The notes under the pieces: generated by a model | Databases searched by the model: none | Told to the model about the DNA's origin: nothing | Seen by the model: only the letters and a program-made list of their open reading frames with translations | Translations under genes and position numbers: made by a program | Source: Orbicella franksi | Lineage: Eukaryota | DNA length: 64,000 nucleotides | Direction of reading: 5' to 3' | NCBI GenBank assembly: GCA_964199315.1 | Contig: OZ116698.1 | Span: 11,284,001-11,348,000, forward strand | In this document: one piece after another, positions 12,330-24,400 of the stretch | How the letters are laid out: each line of letters opens with the position of its first letter | Numbering within the stretch: the first letter of the stretch is position 1

Positions 12330-14200
12330 GAGTCCTAAAGTGTGACATCACAAAAAAATTAATTTGGGAAATTATGGGATTTGGCGCTTCTCGAATAGAG
12401 CGTCCTTAACAAAAGGGTCTTTGCCAAAAATTACCTCTCAATTGTAATTCCCAGCCAAAATATAAAGGATGAAAATTTGGTACTGCCCCATATAAATCTC
12501 TCTAATTTTGAGTCAGTTCTAAACTGAAGGAACTGAAGCAAATTTTGAAGGATTTGTACGGGTTGCTATCAAATGTTGATCCCTTATATCTCTTTCAGGG
12601 ATTGCAATTCAGAGCTAATTTTTGAGATGAGGGCATCCTTTAGGATCCTCTATAAGAATATGACATCATATCCCATAATTTCAAAAATTTTTATTGAGTT
12701 ATTTGTTTGTAAAAAAATACCTCTTAGTTGGCACGTCGGGTATGTTATGAACGAGTCAATGGATGAGTGAGTGAGTGAGAGATGTCTGTATGTCACACCA
12801 ATCAGATTGGAACTTCTATAAACAGCCAATCAAATTTCTTGTTGTAAAGGTAAATGGTACGTGAGAAGATTTGATCCCAATAGAGTTCAGAACAGCCATA
12901 TGTATTCTTCTATAAAAGAGGAGGAAGTATTCATGTATTGGGTTTACTTCGACATTTTCTGTGGGTTAGGCTGAGGATTTTAGTTACGAATGAGATGAGC
13001 CTTGAGGTTTGAAACAGTTTGTGAGTTAGTAGTATGCAAATGAAACGAGATATTTTCATTTTTAGTTACAAACTTGATACTTTTGTTTTTCACAAGGAGT
13101 AAATTCAATTAGAGGTCACGAATCATTGCTTCTAGTTCTTAGGACATGTTTTGGAGGAGACTACACTATTTAGATTTGAAACAGTTCTAATGTTTACAAT
13201 AGTAGGTGCGGGTAACGATTGTTTTGTTCTTGTTGCATGCAAATATAGCAAGATATTTTTATCTTTTAGTTACAAAGTGTAATTTGACACTCTTGTTTTT
13301 CGCAAGGGAGTAAATTCAATTAGAGCTGATGAATCGTCACCACTCTTTCCCACGAGATGTTTGCTATCTTTAGTAACAAATGGTAACTTAACACTTGTTT
13401 TTTATATGGGAGTAAATTCAATTAGAGCTGACAAGTTATCGGCTATTGTTTCCAGGATATTAAACAAAAAAGAAGCTTTCATTTCTGGACAGTTTTTACA
13501 TCTCTGCAGTAGCAGTTTAATAGTTTTATTTGATGACATTCATTTCAGTCCGATATTTTTAAAGGCAGAAAGTATGAAACCTGTTCAAATGTTCTTTAAA
13601 GACTGCGTGGCCCCAAGTTAAAGTGCAATTTAATTAAATCAGACTTTCAACGTGTCAGAGAGGTTTTTTCTCTTTCTATTTTTGGTGAACTTGTGTTGTG
13701 TTGTGTAAAAGGGTAAACTTACGACTCGTATAAAATGTGAAAAAGTCTCTTAATTAACTTGAGTATTTTTGAGCAAAAGTTCTTCTTGGGGGTTGGAAGG
13801 GCTTGTGATTGGTGAGTGAGGGAGTTATGCATGTGCGCGTGTCACACCCATTACAGTGCGGGTTGTATCAAAGAACGAATCAAATTGCCCGTTAGAAAAT
13901 AAGATGGTATCTACATTAATCTGGAGATGTGTCAGATTACTGTAGTTTGTTCAGTCAAACACTTTATGGCTTACTATTTAGCTATCTTACCATGACCGAT
14001 GTAACATCGCATGTACATCATAAATTCCCAGTTTCTTTCTTGCTGTACATCGCAACCGAAAAAAACTTGTCAAATTAACCAAATCATTACTGTAAACAGC
14101 TCCATGAATGCACCTATCTCCAACACAGTGTCACCCAAAAAAATAACTCTTGCACGCCTTGCGTGCCTATGTTTTTTGTGACGTCGTCACTTTAGGACTC
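12330..14200. mobile_element. Non-autonomous DNA transposon, ~1.87 kb, TIR-bounded, TA-flanked
   Basis: Left end GAGTCCTAAAGTG-TGACATCACAAAAAA; right end TTTTTTGTGACGTCGTCACTTTAGGACTC; TA on both flanks; internal subrepeats; no transposase ORF. Confidence 0.8.
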
Positions 14201-15219
14201 TATGGCCACTGCATTATAGCTCTATGATACTGCTTCAAATATTAGCCCTCATTCCCCTAGAGAGTACCGAGAGTAAGTAAATATTAGGATCAATATCGAA
14301 TTTTTTTTGTTTCCTAAAAGATAAACTTAAGGTGGGAAGGGATGGTTCAATTGCCCTTCCTCTTTACCCTATACAATTCAAATTTTATATAATTACAAAT
14401 TTGTCAGTACCAAAATTATAAACATCTGGATAAATTTCTGTAGGATCTATCTCTTTGCCACATTTGAGAGTAAACAAAATTTTATACTGTAGTTCCTTTT
14501 TGTCAAATTAAAATTTCTTTTCAAACTCAGTAACTAGCAGTTGTTTCGCCAGACACACATCGCGCGCGCGTTAGCGAGAGAGAAAATCCGGACCGCGCTA
14601 AGAACCAATCAGATTGCAGGATTCGTTACCGTGCCCTCTTCTGTACATGTAGGATTGAACAGTTTTGTGACAGAGCTCAGTCAAAAATTTTCTGGTATTT
14701 AAAAAGGGAAAATTCTTTCATGGCTAGACTTGTGTTTCGAGAAAATAGTCGGGATGTGCTGAGATGTTATACGACACACTAAGCGTAAAATACAAAAGAC
14801 TTCAATAAAGTGATGAAATATTTGTAATAGTCTACATTTTTGAAAACCCATAATGAGCCTAAAACGGTTCGCAGCTCGACTTTCTGACTTGATAATTTGT
14901 CACTGGCAATTTTTCACTCGTTTTTAAAAACATTAAAAAATAAATCAAATCAAGCCAAAGAATTTTCTTCAGAGCGAAAGAATGAATCGACAATTTTTGT
15001 TTTTGTAGTGTCCATTTCTCGCCTAATCTTCTTCGGTCAAGTGCTGCAGTTTGGCAAGAAAACTTCTGAAGAACAAATGTTTACTTTACGACATATTCGC
15101 AGCTAAACTAAGTCTTGGTAAACTTTTAATTTCTGGGCGGAAAGGCGGGGACATAGTTTACACTTCAGCGCAGAACTTTTTGAACTCCGAGGAAAGCCTC
15201 AAATTTCGTCAACACGCCT

Positions 15220-15272
15220 GTGATTGGTTGTTTTTGGATTATCTCCAAGAACAGCCAATCACGGCCCGGAAA
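15220..15272. promoter_or_regulatory. Laminin gamma proximal promoter: inverted CCAAT pair followed by an ETS-like CGGAA
   Basis: GTGATTGGTTGTTTTTGGA (15220-15238) pairs with TCCAAGAACAGCCAATCAC (15244-15262), followed by CCCGGAAATTCCG; ~170 bp upstream of the ATG. Confidence 0.45.
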
Positions 15273-15428
15273 TTCCGTCCCGCTGAAGAATGCACACTAA
15301 AGTTTATAATTCACACAGGTATCCGTAGATGTCTGGCATATCACATATATCAAATATCGTGAAATTCCCCTCCATGCATGATCCGCCGTTCGCCTACCGA
15401 AGATTACGAGCATAACACGAGAGGGATC

Positions 15429-18400
15429 ATGGAGGTGTGCTGTCATTATCGTGCGAAGAAACATTGGAAGAGTTTTTCGTCTGTGCTAAGACTTCTGGCC
15501 CTGCTCCTGTTTGTCAGAGAGATTGATAGTCAATCTCCATGCTATAACGAGATCACTAAAGCTCCTCTCAGATGCATGCCTTCTTTCGGCAACGCTGCTT
15601 TTGGCAAGACAGTTATTTCTAACAACACTTGTGGGACGCCTCCGAGCGAGTTCTGCGTTCAAACCGGCGTCACTTCACCCACGAAGGAATGCGAAGTTTG
15701 CGATGCAACAGAGGATAGGTACAGCCATCCCGCGTCTTACATAACGGACATAAAAGATGATCAAAACAGAACCTGGTGGCAGTCAGAGACACTGCTTGAC
15801 AACCCGGACAAACCCGTAACTCTTACCCTGGATCTTATGAAAAGCTTCGATGTGTCTTATATCAGAATTCGTTTTCGATCGCCAAGACCTGAGTCGATGG
15901 CAATTTACAAGCGAACCAGCACCGATCCGAACGGGCCGTGGATCCCATATCAATATTTCTCAGCTTCGTGTGAGAAAACTTACAAGGTGAAAAGTAATGA
16001 CATTGCGATAACAAATCAGCAAGTATTGTGCTCGAACGAATTCAGCAGCATTTCGCCGCTAACTGGAGGCAATGTTGCGTTTACTACATTGCAAGGTCGA
16101 CCGGATAACCTCAATTTTGATAACAGTCCTGAATTGCAAGACTGGGTTACGGCGAGCTCGATCCGAATAGATTTGGATCGGATGAATACGTTTGGAGACG
16201 AAGTGTTTGGTGATTCCAACGTTTTGCGGAGTTACTACTTCGCTATTATAGATTTGACAATCGGAGGACGTTGTAAATGCAACGGGCACGCTGCAGAGTG
16301 CATGGAGAAACAAGATACTTTAGGACGACTTGAGCTGAGGTGTATATGTGACCACAGAACGATGGGAGTAGACTGTGAAAAATGCGAACCGCTTTACAAT
16401 AATCGCCCATGGGCCAGGGCTACAGAGAATAGTGCCAACGAATGCATCAGTAAGTACATTATTTTCTGTATTCATGGACTTACTTCAGGTATATCCTTTT
16501 ATTCTGCTCGCCAACCCTGTCAGCGCGAGACAAGTAAATTTGACGCTTATCTTGCGGTAAATCAAGCTGGGTTGGCCAATAGCCTGCAGCGCTGCAGATG
16601 ACCTGCTTAATATAACCTCACTGCATTTTTAAAGAGTTAAAGTTCGCACCGTTTTATACTAGATTTCTTGAACCTTTTATTTTTTAGTCAAGCTCACGCA
16701 TTATCTGTCCTTCACTCTCTGAAAACCACGAAACCACTCAAAGGTCCTGAAACAAATGTTCGATTTCTCAGACCGGAAGTCAACCTTCTCGAATATACAC
16801 GGTTTCTGCGGCTTGTTTCGTGACGGGGTGGAGGTTTACAAAGAGCATTTGATCGCGCCGGAATGAAGGAATCCAGGTTTTCTTTTTGTGTATTTACGTT
16901 TGAACAGTCAAAATTCCTCCATAAATCAATTTGGTTTTCCATTTTCTCTGATACAATAAATATCAAATTTATTATATATTGGCAATTTTTTTACAACCTC
17001 CGATGTGTATTACTGACACTAATTTATTACGCATCCACTTCAACTATACTTGAGATTCAAGGAAAAATGGCTGTTATCTGCCTGTGTATCCACACATCCA
17101 CTTCAGAGTCTCGCTCTATGTGAACGCATGAATGGATAATTACATCCAGTGTTCTTAATTTCTTTGTGATTATGAACGAACAAATGGATTTATTGTGATT
17201 CTGTACAGTGTACAGCTTAGCCCCTAAAAGTGTAAAATACCACAACCAGTTTAAGGACTCATCTGCTTGATATTATGTCTGTCGTTTTGTGTAATACCAG
17301 GGATGATACTTGGTCCCACTGTAAAGTACACAAAAATGTGTCATGGAATATACAGACATGAAGAGAATGGATTGCATGATGAGCTTGGCTTTCAAAGCTC
17401 ATTTGATAAGAGAGTTGAAAGATCAAAGATGTTATATTGATAGGTTAAGCAGCTGGTGGCCTCAGCTTTGTTATATAGGAGATTAAGAAAATGTTCAGGT
17501 GCTTGCACTCGTTTCTTATGTGTAAAAACTTGACAGAATTTTGCTGAAAGGAGTTTTCCAGATGCTAATGTGTTTGAGAAATTCCATCAAGGCGAGTGTT
17601 TTTTTATAAAGACTTGCACAGTTCTAAATTTTTTGTAGTTAATCACTGAATGCTAGGTTGTGCCAGGGCTGCTGCATATGTCACTTGATCAGACAGCCTA
17701 ATCATATAACTTGCAGAAACCTTCAGAATTTGTTGAACAGGATGAGGTTTACTCTGCCATTAATTTGCACAAACTAATGTCAGATGACTTGTTATTCAGG
17801 TGAACATTGTGACATATATCTGCTTCTCACAGATATCTAGAGAGTGGTATACTGGTAGGACTCATTTTGAGTCACACAAGGCAAACAGTCACATCTGTGT
17901 AACAGAAACCAGTTGGGTGGTTTGTTGATTACTCTAATCTACTTCATATGATGTATATTTGGGATCACAAATTATATCACCCTTTGTGTGTGGTTTGTGA
18001 ACAAGACACCCCGAGTAGTATAATTACATGTGAACTTCATAAATCAAATTCCTATCTCTATCTGCTGAATGGTATTTACAGTATTTTTGGTTAAACATGT
18101 ACCTGAAATATTCTAGACTCTGCTACTAGGTTTAAACAACTTCAGAATGAGATTATTTTCACACTGGTAACATAGGCTTTAGTGTTGCAATGCCTCCTGT
18201 GTTTTTCTTCTTAGAACGTGACTTAGGTTTTGACCTTTCTAGCAAACCTTCTGTAGCTGGGATTTCAAGTGTACACACTTACCGGTTTAAGTATGGGAAA
18301 CTGCATAATGTATTTGCAAAATAGGAAAACAAAATGGCATAAAATGATCAACCTGTTTTTGCAATCAATTTTCTAACAAAATATCTGACATGTACTACCC

Positions 18401-21400
18401 TAAATTCAGTGGGTTTCAGACTGGAATGTTTAATTGATACTATAAATATGATTTGTGGCACCTTCCTAGGTTTGTCAAATTCCCTCATTTTGTAGGGACA
18501 AGAATTGGTTACTAATGTCAAAAATTTATATTTAGTACTGGGAACCCTGGAATTTGTAGTTAGAATTCCTGTAAGTCTTCCTAGTAAGAGCACATTTTTT
18601 ACAACTCTGTAGAAGTCTGAAAGGGCTTTTTGTGACTGATAAAATATATTTTCTGTATGGCTGTTTCTTTAGAGTGCGACTGTAGTGGTTTAGCAGACAG
18701 TTGTGTGTATGATGAGAACCTTGGCTATGGACACTGTGAAAACTGCAAGAGAAATACAGCTGGTCCAAAATGTGAACGATGCCGTGACAATTTCTTCCGC
18801 CTGACTTCTTCAGATGACTGTCAGCCTTGTAAGTGTGACCCTGTGGGCTCAGTGTCATTACAGTGCGATCCAACAGGCCAGTGCACCTGTAAACCTGGAG
18901 TGACAGGTGTCAAATGTGACAAATGCCAGGCAGACTACTTTGGCTTTTCACAGACGGGTTGTAGGTAGGTTTACTAAACAAAATTATTGAAAACAGACAT
19001 TTGACATCTTTTGGATACTTCCTCTGCAACAATACCTCATCTTCTGCATCATGCGAGCTTCAGTTTTCTTGTGCTCCTTTTTCAGGCCTTGCCAGTGTTC
19101 TCCTGAAGGAACTGACCCCAGTAACACGCAGTGTAATGAGAAGGGGGAGTGCTCATGCAAAAGGAATGTCATTGGTGCCAAATGTACACAGTGCAAGACA
19201 GGCTTCTATGGATTGGAGAGTACAAACCCACATGGATGTAAACAGTGCTTCTGTTATGGACACAGTAGTGTGTGTGAGGCAGCTATGGGTTATACTGGAT
19301 ATAACATTTCAAATCAGTTCTCGTCAGGTCGAGAAGGTTGGACTGTTATCAATGAACAAGGTACATGTTATAATTCTGCCAATATCCTGAGGGTGTAGAC
19401 AAGGGCTTCATTAACGATTTCAGCCGGAAGGCAACTGGTTTTTATGGGCGGGCAAACCTTTTTGAGCTGAACTTCTTTTTAGAGAAGTTTTCCTCTAGAT
19501 GGTCAGACGGGGCAGGCAAAATTATCCTCACAGCCAGTCAATTTCCCAGTGCCCGGCCCTTGACTGCAATGGACTCCAGATTGACATATTAGAGAAGTAA
19601 TGACCTACGTCACCAGCATGTTAAACTCTGAATCAGGCAGTCTTGGTTTGGCACTAGCCAGAGTTATCTTGTGTTTTTAGTCCTTGCAAGCACCAAGTGA
19701 ATTTTTTGCTTATTTTGCAAAAATGTCTGTCATCAATTCTATGTTACATTTAATTTAGAGCTAACTGAAACAGTGATTTTCAGCCCTATAAATTTTGTTA
19801 ATTCTACCCAAAGGTCAAAAGTGCCATTGTACTACTTCTGTGCAGGTAAAACTGGCAGGTCTGTCAATCAACTTAAGAGAAAAGATCAATTAAGTTGTTT
19901 CATGATGAACAGATAGTGTTTAATCTTGTAGGTGACTGACATTTTACAGTTAACAAATAATTTGGTATTTTGAAGCACAGACACTTTTATACTTTCATCA
20001 AATCCAACATTGGTTGAAGATTTGTTTTGATTTTTGGTAGAGCCAATCAAATCTTGTCAGTCTAGTGTGAATGAGCCCTGGTGCCTTGTAGTGCCTCTGT
20101 CCATCAAGGTTATAAATAGAGATAGATATCGGCATGCTGTTACAGTAGCCTGACACAATGCTGGAAAGGGTCTAAGGACATTGATCGGGTTGTTGTTTTT
20201 GTGTGTTGATTTTCATGGGACTACTGATGTTCACTTTTCAAGTACATGTACCTCTCTACATGTACATCCATTGGCAGAATCTTGATGTAACATACCTTAT
20301 AAACACAGGCTGCCCATGACTTGCGGGCTTGAAAAAATACATAACTTTACTGTTAAATCTAAGCTTGTTTATGCATTCATTTTTTTTTCTGTTGCAAACA
20401 TTTTAGCACTATTGTAATCACTTTTGTTGTGTTGGTCATCATTTACTCGACTTTTCTCATTTTTGTTCATATTTTGATATTGTTGTGCTTATCTTATTTC
20501 AACAGGTACTAATGTAACTGAGCAGTATATCATCCTTCGTGAATCTTCCCACATCAGCGTAACAGCTGTAGGAAATGAAGTCCTTTATATATCAGCCCCA
20601 GATAAATTTCTTGGAGACCGCCGCAGCAGTTATGGCCAGCTCTTTGGGTTTACCTTCCGTGTGGCTGCAACTGAAGGAGTTCAGGTGAAACCAGGAGACA
20701 TTATTCTGGAGGGAAAGAATGGACTGAAGGTCTCTGCAAGGCTCAATGCACAGAACAACCCTGTTCCTTCTACCACTTTTCAAAACTATCTGTTTCGTCT
20801 TCATGAAGACCCATCTTTGGGATGGGAACCACTGCTCAGAGGGTTTGACTTCCAAAAACTCCTAACCAGTTTACTAGCCATTAAAATTCGAATGAACTAT
20901 GCATCTCAGGGGACTGGCTTGATTGACAATGTTTTCATGGAGTCAGCAGTATATTTACCACAGTCTCTTTTACGTGTTCCTTGGGTTGAAGAGTGCAGCT
21001 GTCCAGCTCCTTACACAGGAGATAATTGTGAGCAATGTAGTGTGGGCTATACCAGACAGAGAGGATCCGAGGATAAATATGGCCAGTAAGTAATTTATGT
21101 CAAAAAATCATACTGTGAAGTGTTCCACCTTGACAAGCTGGATTTTGAATATTTCAGCACTCAATGAAAGGCAGTGTTCAATCTAGAATAGGTCAAAGTG
21201 GGTCCTATGTCCTACTTGACGTTTTAAATTGGGAAGATGCATAAATGACTAAGGATGACTCCATGTGACAATGTCAGCCACGTGTCTGTTAAGAGGGGAT
21301 TGACTGAATTGCAAACAGTCTTTAGTTAATAAATCCTTCCATTTCTAGTTTTTGCAGCTCTTTCTTCAATGGGCATGGCACCCTTAACCCTTCTTTGTTT

Positions 21401-24400
21401 TTAGGTGTGTTCCCTGCCAATGTTATGGTCACTCTGAGTCATGTGATCCAGTGACAGGTGTTTGCTATTGCCAAGACAACACAATTGGTGACAACTGTGA
21501 GACATGCAAAGAAGGTTTCTATGGTAATCCAACTGAAGGTACCAAAGATGACTGCAAACCATGTCCCTGCAAATATGGTTCCCGTTGCATTCTGATAGGC
21601 GAGAATGTTGTTTGCACAGATTGTCCTGAGGGACACTTAGGGGATCTCTGTGAGTACTGTCAAGATGGTTACTATGGTGACCCATCGGGCCTTTTGGGTT
21701 TGCCAACTGCTTGTCAGAAGTGTAACTGCAGTGGCAATATAGACTTCAATGCCATTGGGAACTGTCAATCTCTCACAGGCGACTGCTTAAAGTGTATTTA
21801 CAACACTAGGAATGGCCCGCTTGAGAGATGTGAACTTTGTGCAGTTGGGTTTTATGGAAATGCTACTGAATATCCAAAGCCACAGTGCATTGGTAAGTAA
21901 TGGAAACTTAAACTGTACACACACACACTTAACTTCAACTGCATTTAGAGACTAATGCAAGTGTAAAACTGATCCCCTGGTAGCATAATTGGCAATGTAG
22001 TTGTCAAATACAGAGATAATGTGCTGTCCAAGGGTGTGGCTTACCTGGTGTCTGAGGAAGCAAGCACCAGCATCACCAAGCAGGGCTAAAGGTGGAACCA
22101 ATGGGGTAAGCAAAAGAGGGTCAGAAGTGGCTTGCAGGCTTTAACTGCTACTAGCTGCTGAGAGAAGCACGTGAAGGGAAGGGGTGGAAAGGCAACTTAA
22201 AAGATTCATGCCCCACATGGGGTGAAAGGATTTAAAGAAGAAGGAGATATTGTGGCTAGGGTGCTTTTACAATTGTTTTCTTTTTTCGGTCAAGGGTAGT
22301 TTTAAGTTGTGGAACTTTCATCGTAGAGGTGCTTCTACTCCAAGCTACTTTCTGTCCTTCTTGTGAACATTTTGCCTCTTTCTGTCCTCCAGCTTGCAAC
22401 TGCTACAATCAAGGCACAATGACCCCTCCTGACCACAACCCGGAGTATCCCCTCCCTTGTGACGATAAAGGCAAGTGTACTTGCTTGGAAAATGTTATTG
22501 GAGACAAGTGCGATAGCTGCCGAGATACCTACTGGAATGTGGGCTCAGGAGTTGGCTGTGAGCAGTGTTTGTGCAATCCCATTGGCTCTCTAAACAATAG
22601 TTGTGAAGTCATTATCGGCCAGTGTCCGTGTAAACCTGGGGTGACTGGAAGGACATGTGATCAATGTCAGTCAGACCATTACGGGTACTCAGACCAGGGC
22701 TGTGAACGTAAGTAGAATGAGAATACCAGATGACGATGCGTATACCTATTTCTATAAACCTCGCAATGTTTTGAAAGAGGACTGGAAGGCATGAAAAGCT
22801 TGAAGCTTGAAAATCTTTTTTGGCGTTCGTTCAGCACCCAGCCAAGGTTCTTGGCGCAGCTAGTAATCATACACGTTGTAGATATGTGCTTCGTAATCGC
22901 TTTCTACTCTCTTTGATAGGGAAAAAATCGGTGGATAATGTACACACATTGGACGTTTGCATTTTTATGTCTTGCACGAGATACCCCTTCAGTTTCATGT
23001 TTGAGCGACGTTTTACTTCATGCCGAGAATGTTCAAGATTGTCGAGTGTGCACCAGCGGATGCACGCTTAAAAAACAGTTAACGTGGACCTCTTCAGTAA
23101 AAACCCCTATTTTGGTTCTTTCTTGTTAATCTTCACCTCTTTTGTTCTTAGGGATAGGGGCATTGTTTGTGTTTTTTCGTTTGGCCAATTATAAAGAACC
23201 TTAAATTGTAAACGGTACTGGTCGCAAAAAAACTAAGATTCGGTTATCTATCCACTCTCAGTCTTATCTCAATATACACTTAGTTTACTACAAAATTCTG
23301 ATAATATACTTTGGGCGTGGTCGTACAAGTATTTTTCTTCAAAAGTTATTTTTGTTGAGCTTATTTTAGGTGGCTTTGTTGCCAGAGGAGCTAATTATCA
23401 GTGGGATTTTGGTGTGTGAGATATCTGTTTGGTGTTGTGTGGGATGTATTATAGAAATCTTTGTAAACTTTATCGTGTTTCTTTTCTCAGCTTGTAACTG
23501 CAACCCAGAAGGTTCTCTTAATGTGAGCTGTAATGAATACGGAGAATGCAACTGCAAGTTTGGAGTACTGGGCATCAAGTGTGGTACATGCGAGGAAAAT
23601 AAACATAACTTGACTGCCGGCTGTGTCAGTAAGTACTGCTACAATGCTGAAATAATAATAATAATATTAACACAATAGCCAGGCAATCTTAGGCCCTGTC
23701 ATCACTAATCCGTCACGAAACAGGAGCTTTTCGAAAACGCTCTTCAAACCGGAGGATTTTGAAAATGAAGTTATATTTCTACGGTTCGGACCTATCGTCT
23801 ACACTAGTCCGTCACGAAAACGGATCTTTTCCCATAACCGCTCTTCAAACCGGAGGAATTTGAAAACGCCGGCTTTTCAATTTCGTGTAGTCGGAAAATA
23901 TTAAGAAAACGGAACTTTTCGAAAACGATATCGTCAAGATAATCATGGGATTACGGTAGCAGTAGTGGATGTAATAATGCTTGTGATATTTTTTTCGCCG
24001 TAGGTTGCCCGCCATGTTATAGCGAAATCCAACGATTAGTTAACCGCTTGCGAATAAACATCCGAAGGCTCGTGAAGATCATGAACAACTTCAACTCGAG
24101 CTCAAGCGGACAACTTGTCGTGGATGCGAACTTTGAGCGTCGCCTGAAGGAATTGACGGAAGCAGTGAATGAACTGCTCAACAAGGCAGAAAGCTCGAAC
24201 TCTACAGACAAAGCCCTACAGGAGCAGCTTCAGGTCTTGGACAGCCGTGTGGAGAAAATAAATAAGGTCATATCGGATGTGTCCAACAACACGAGCGAGG
24301 CGGAAGGGATCATAGCCAGTGCGCTGGGGAATATATCTGAAGCCGAGGCGTCGATCAATCGATCACGTGCATTGCTTGACGAGGCAGAGAAGCTGTTACT

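Noticed and set aside
16491-16500. ATATCCTTTT, a U12 AT-AC donor consensus 42 nt past the laminin gamma exon 1 donor
   Set aside because: No TCCTTAAC branch site or AC acceptor was found before exon 2, and the GT-AG junction gives the correct LE sequence.
16450-16601. ORF-track extensions past splice donors (e.g. SKYIIFCIHG..., and similarly at 5046, 1072 and 39424)
   Set aside because: These are intronic read-through; consensus donors and in-frame downstream exons exist.
21960-22330. Purine/GC-rich patch in a laminin gamma intron with a minus-strand donor at ~22050
   Set aside because: It cannot be linked to any other exon or known element.
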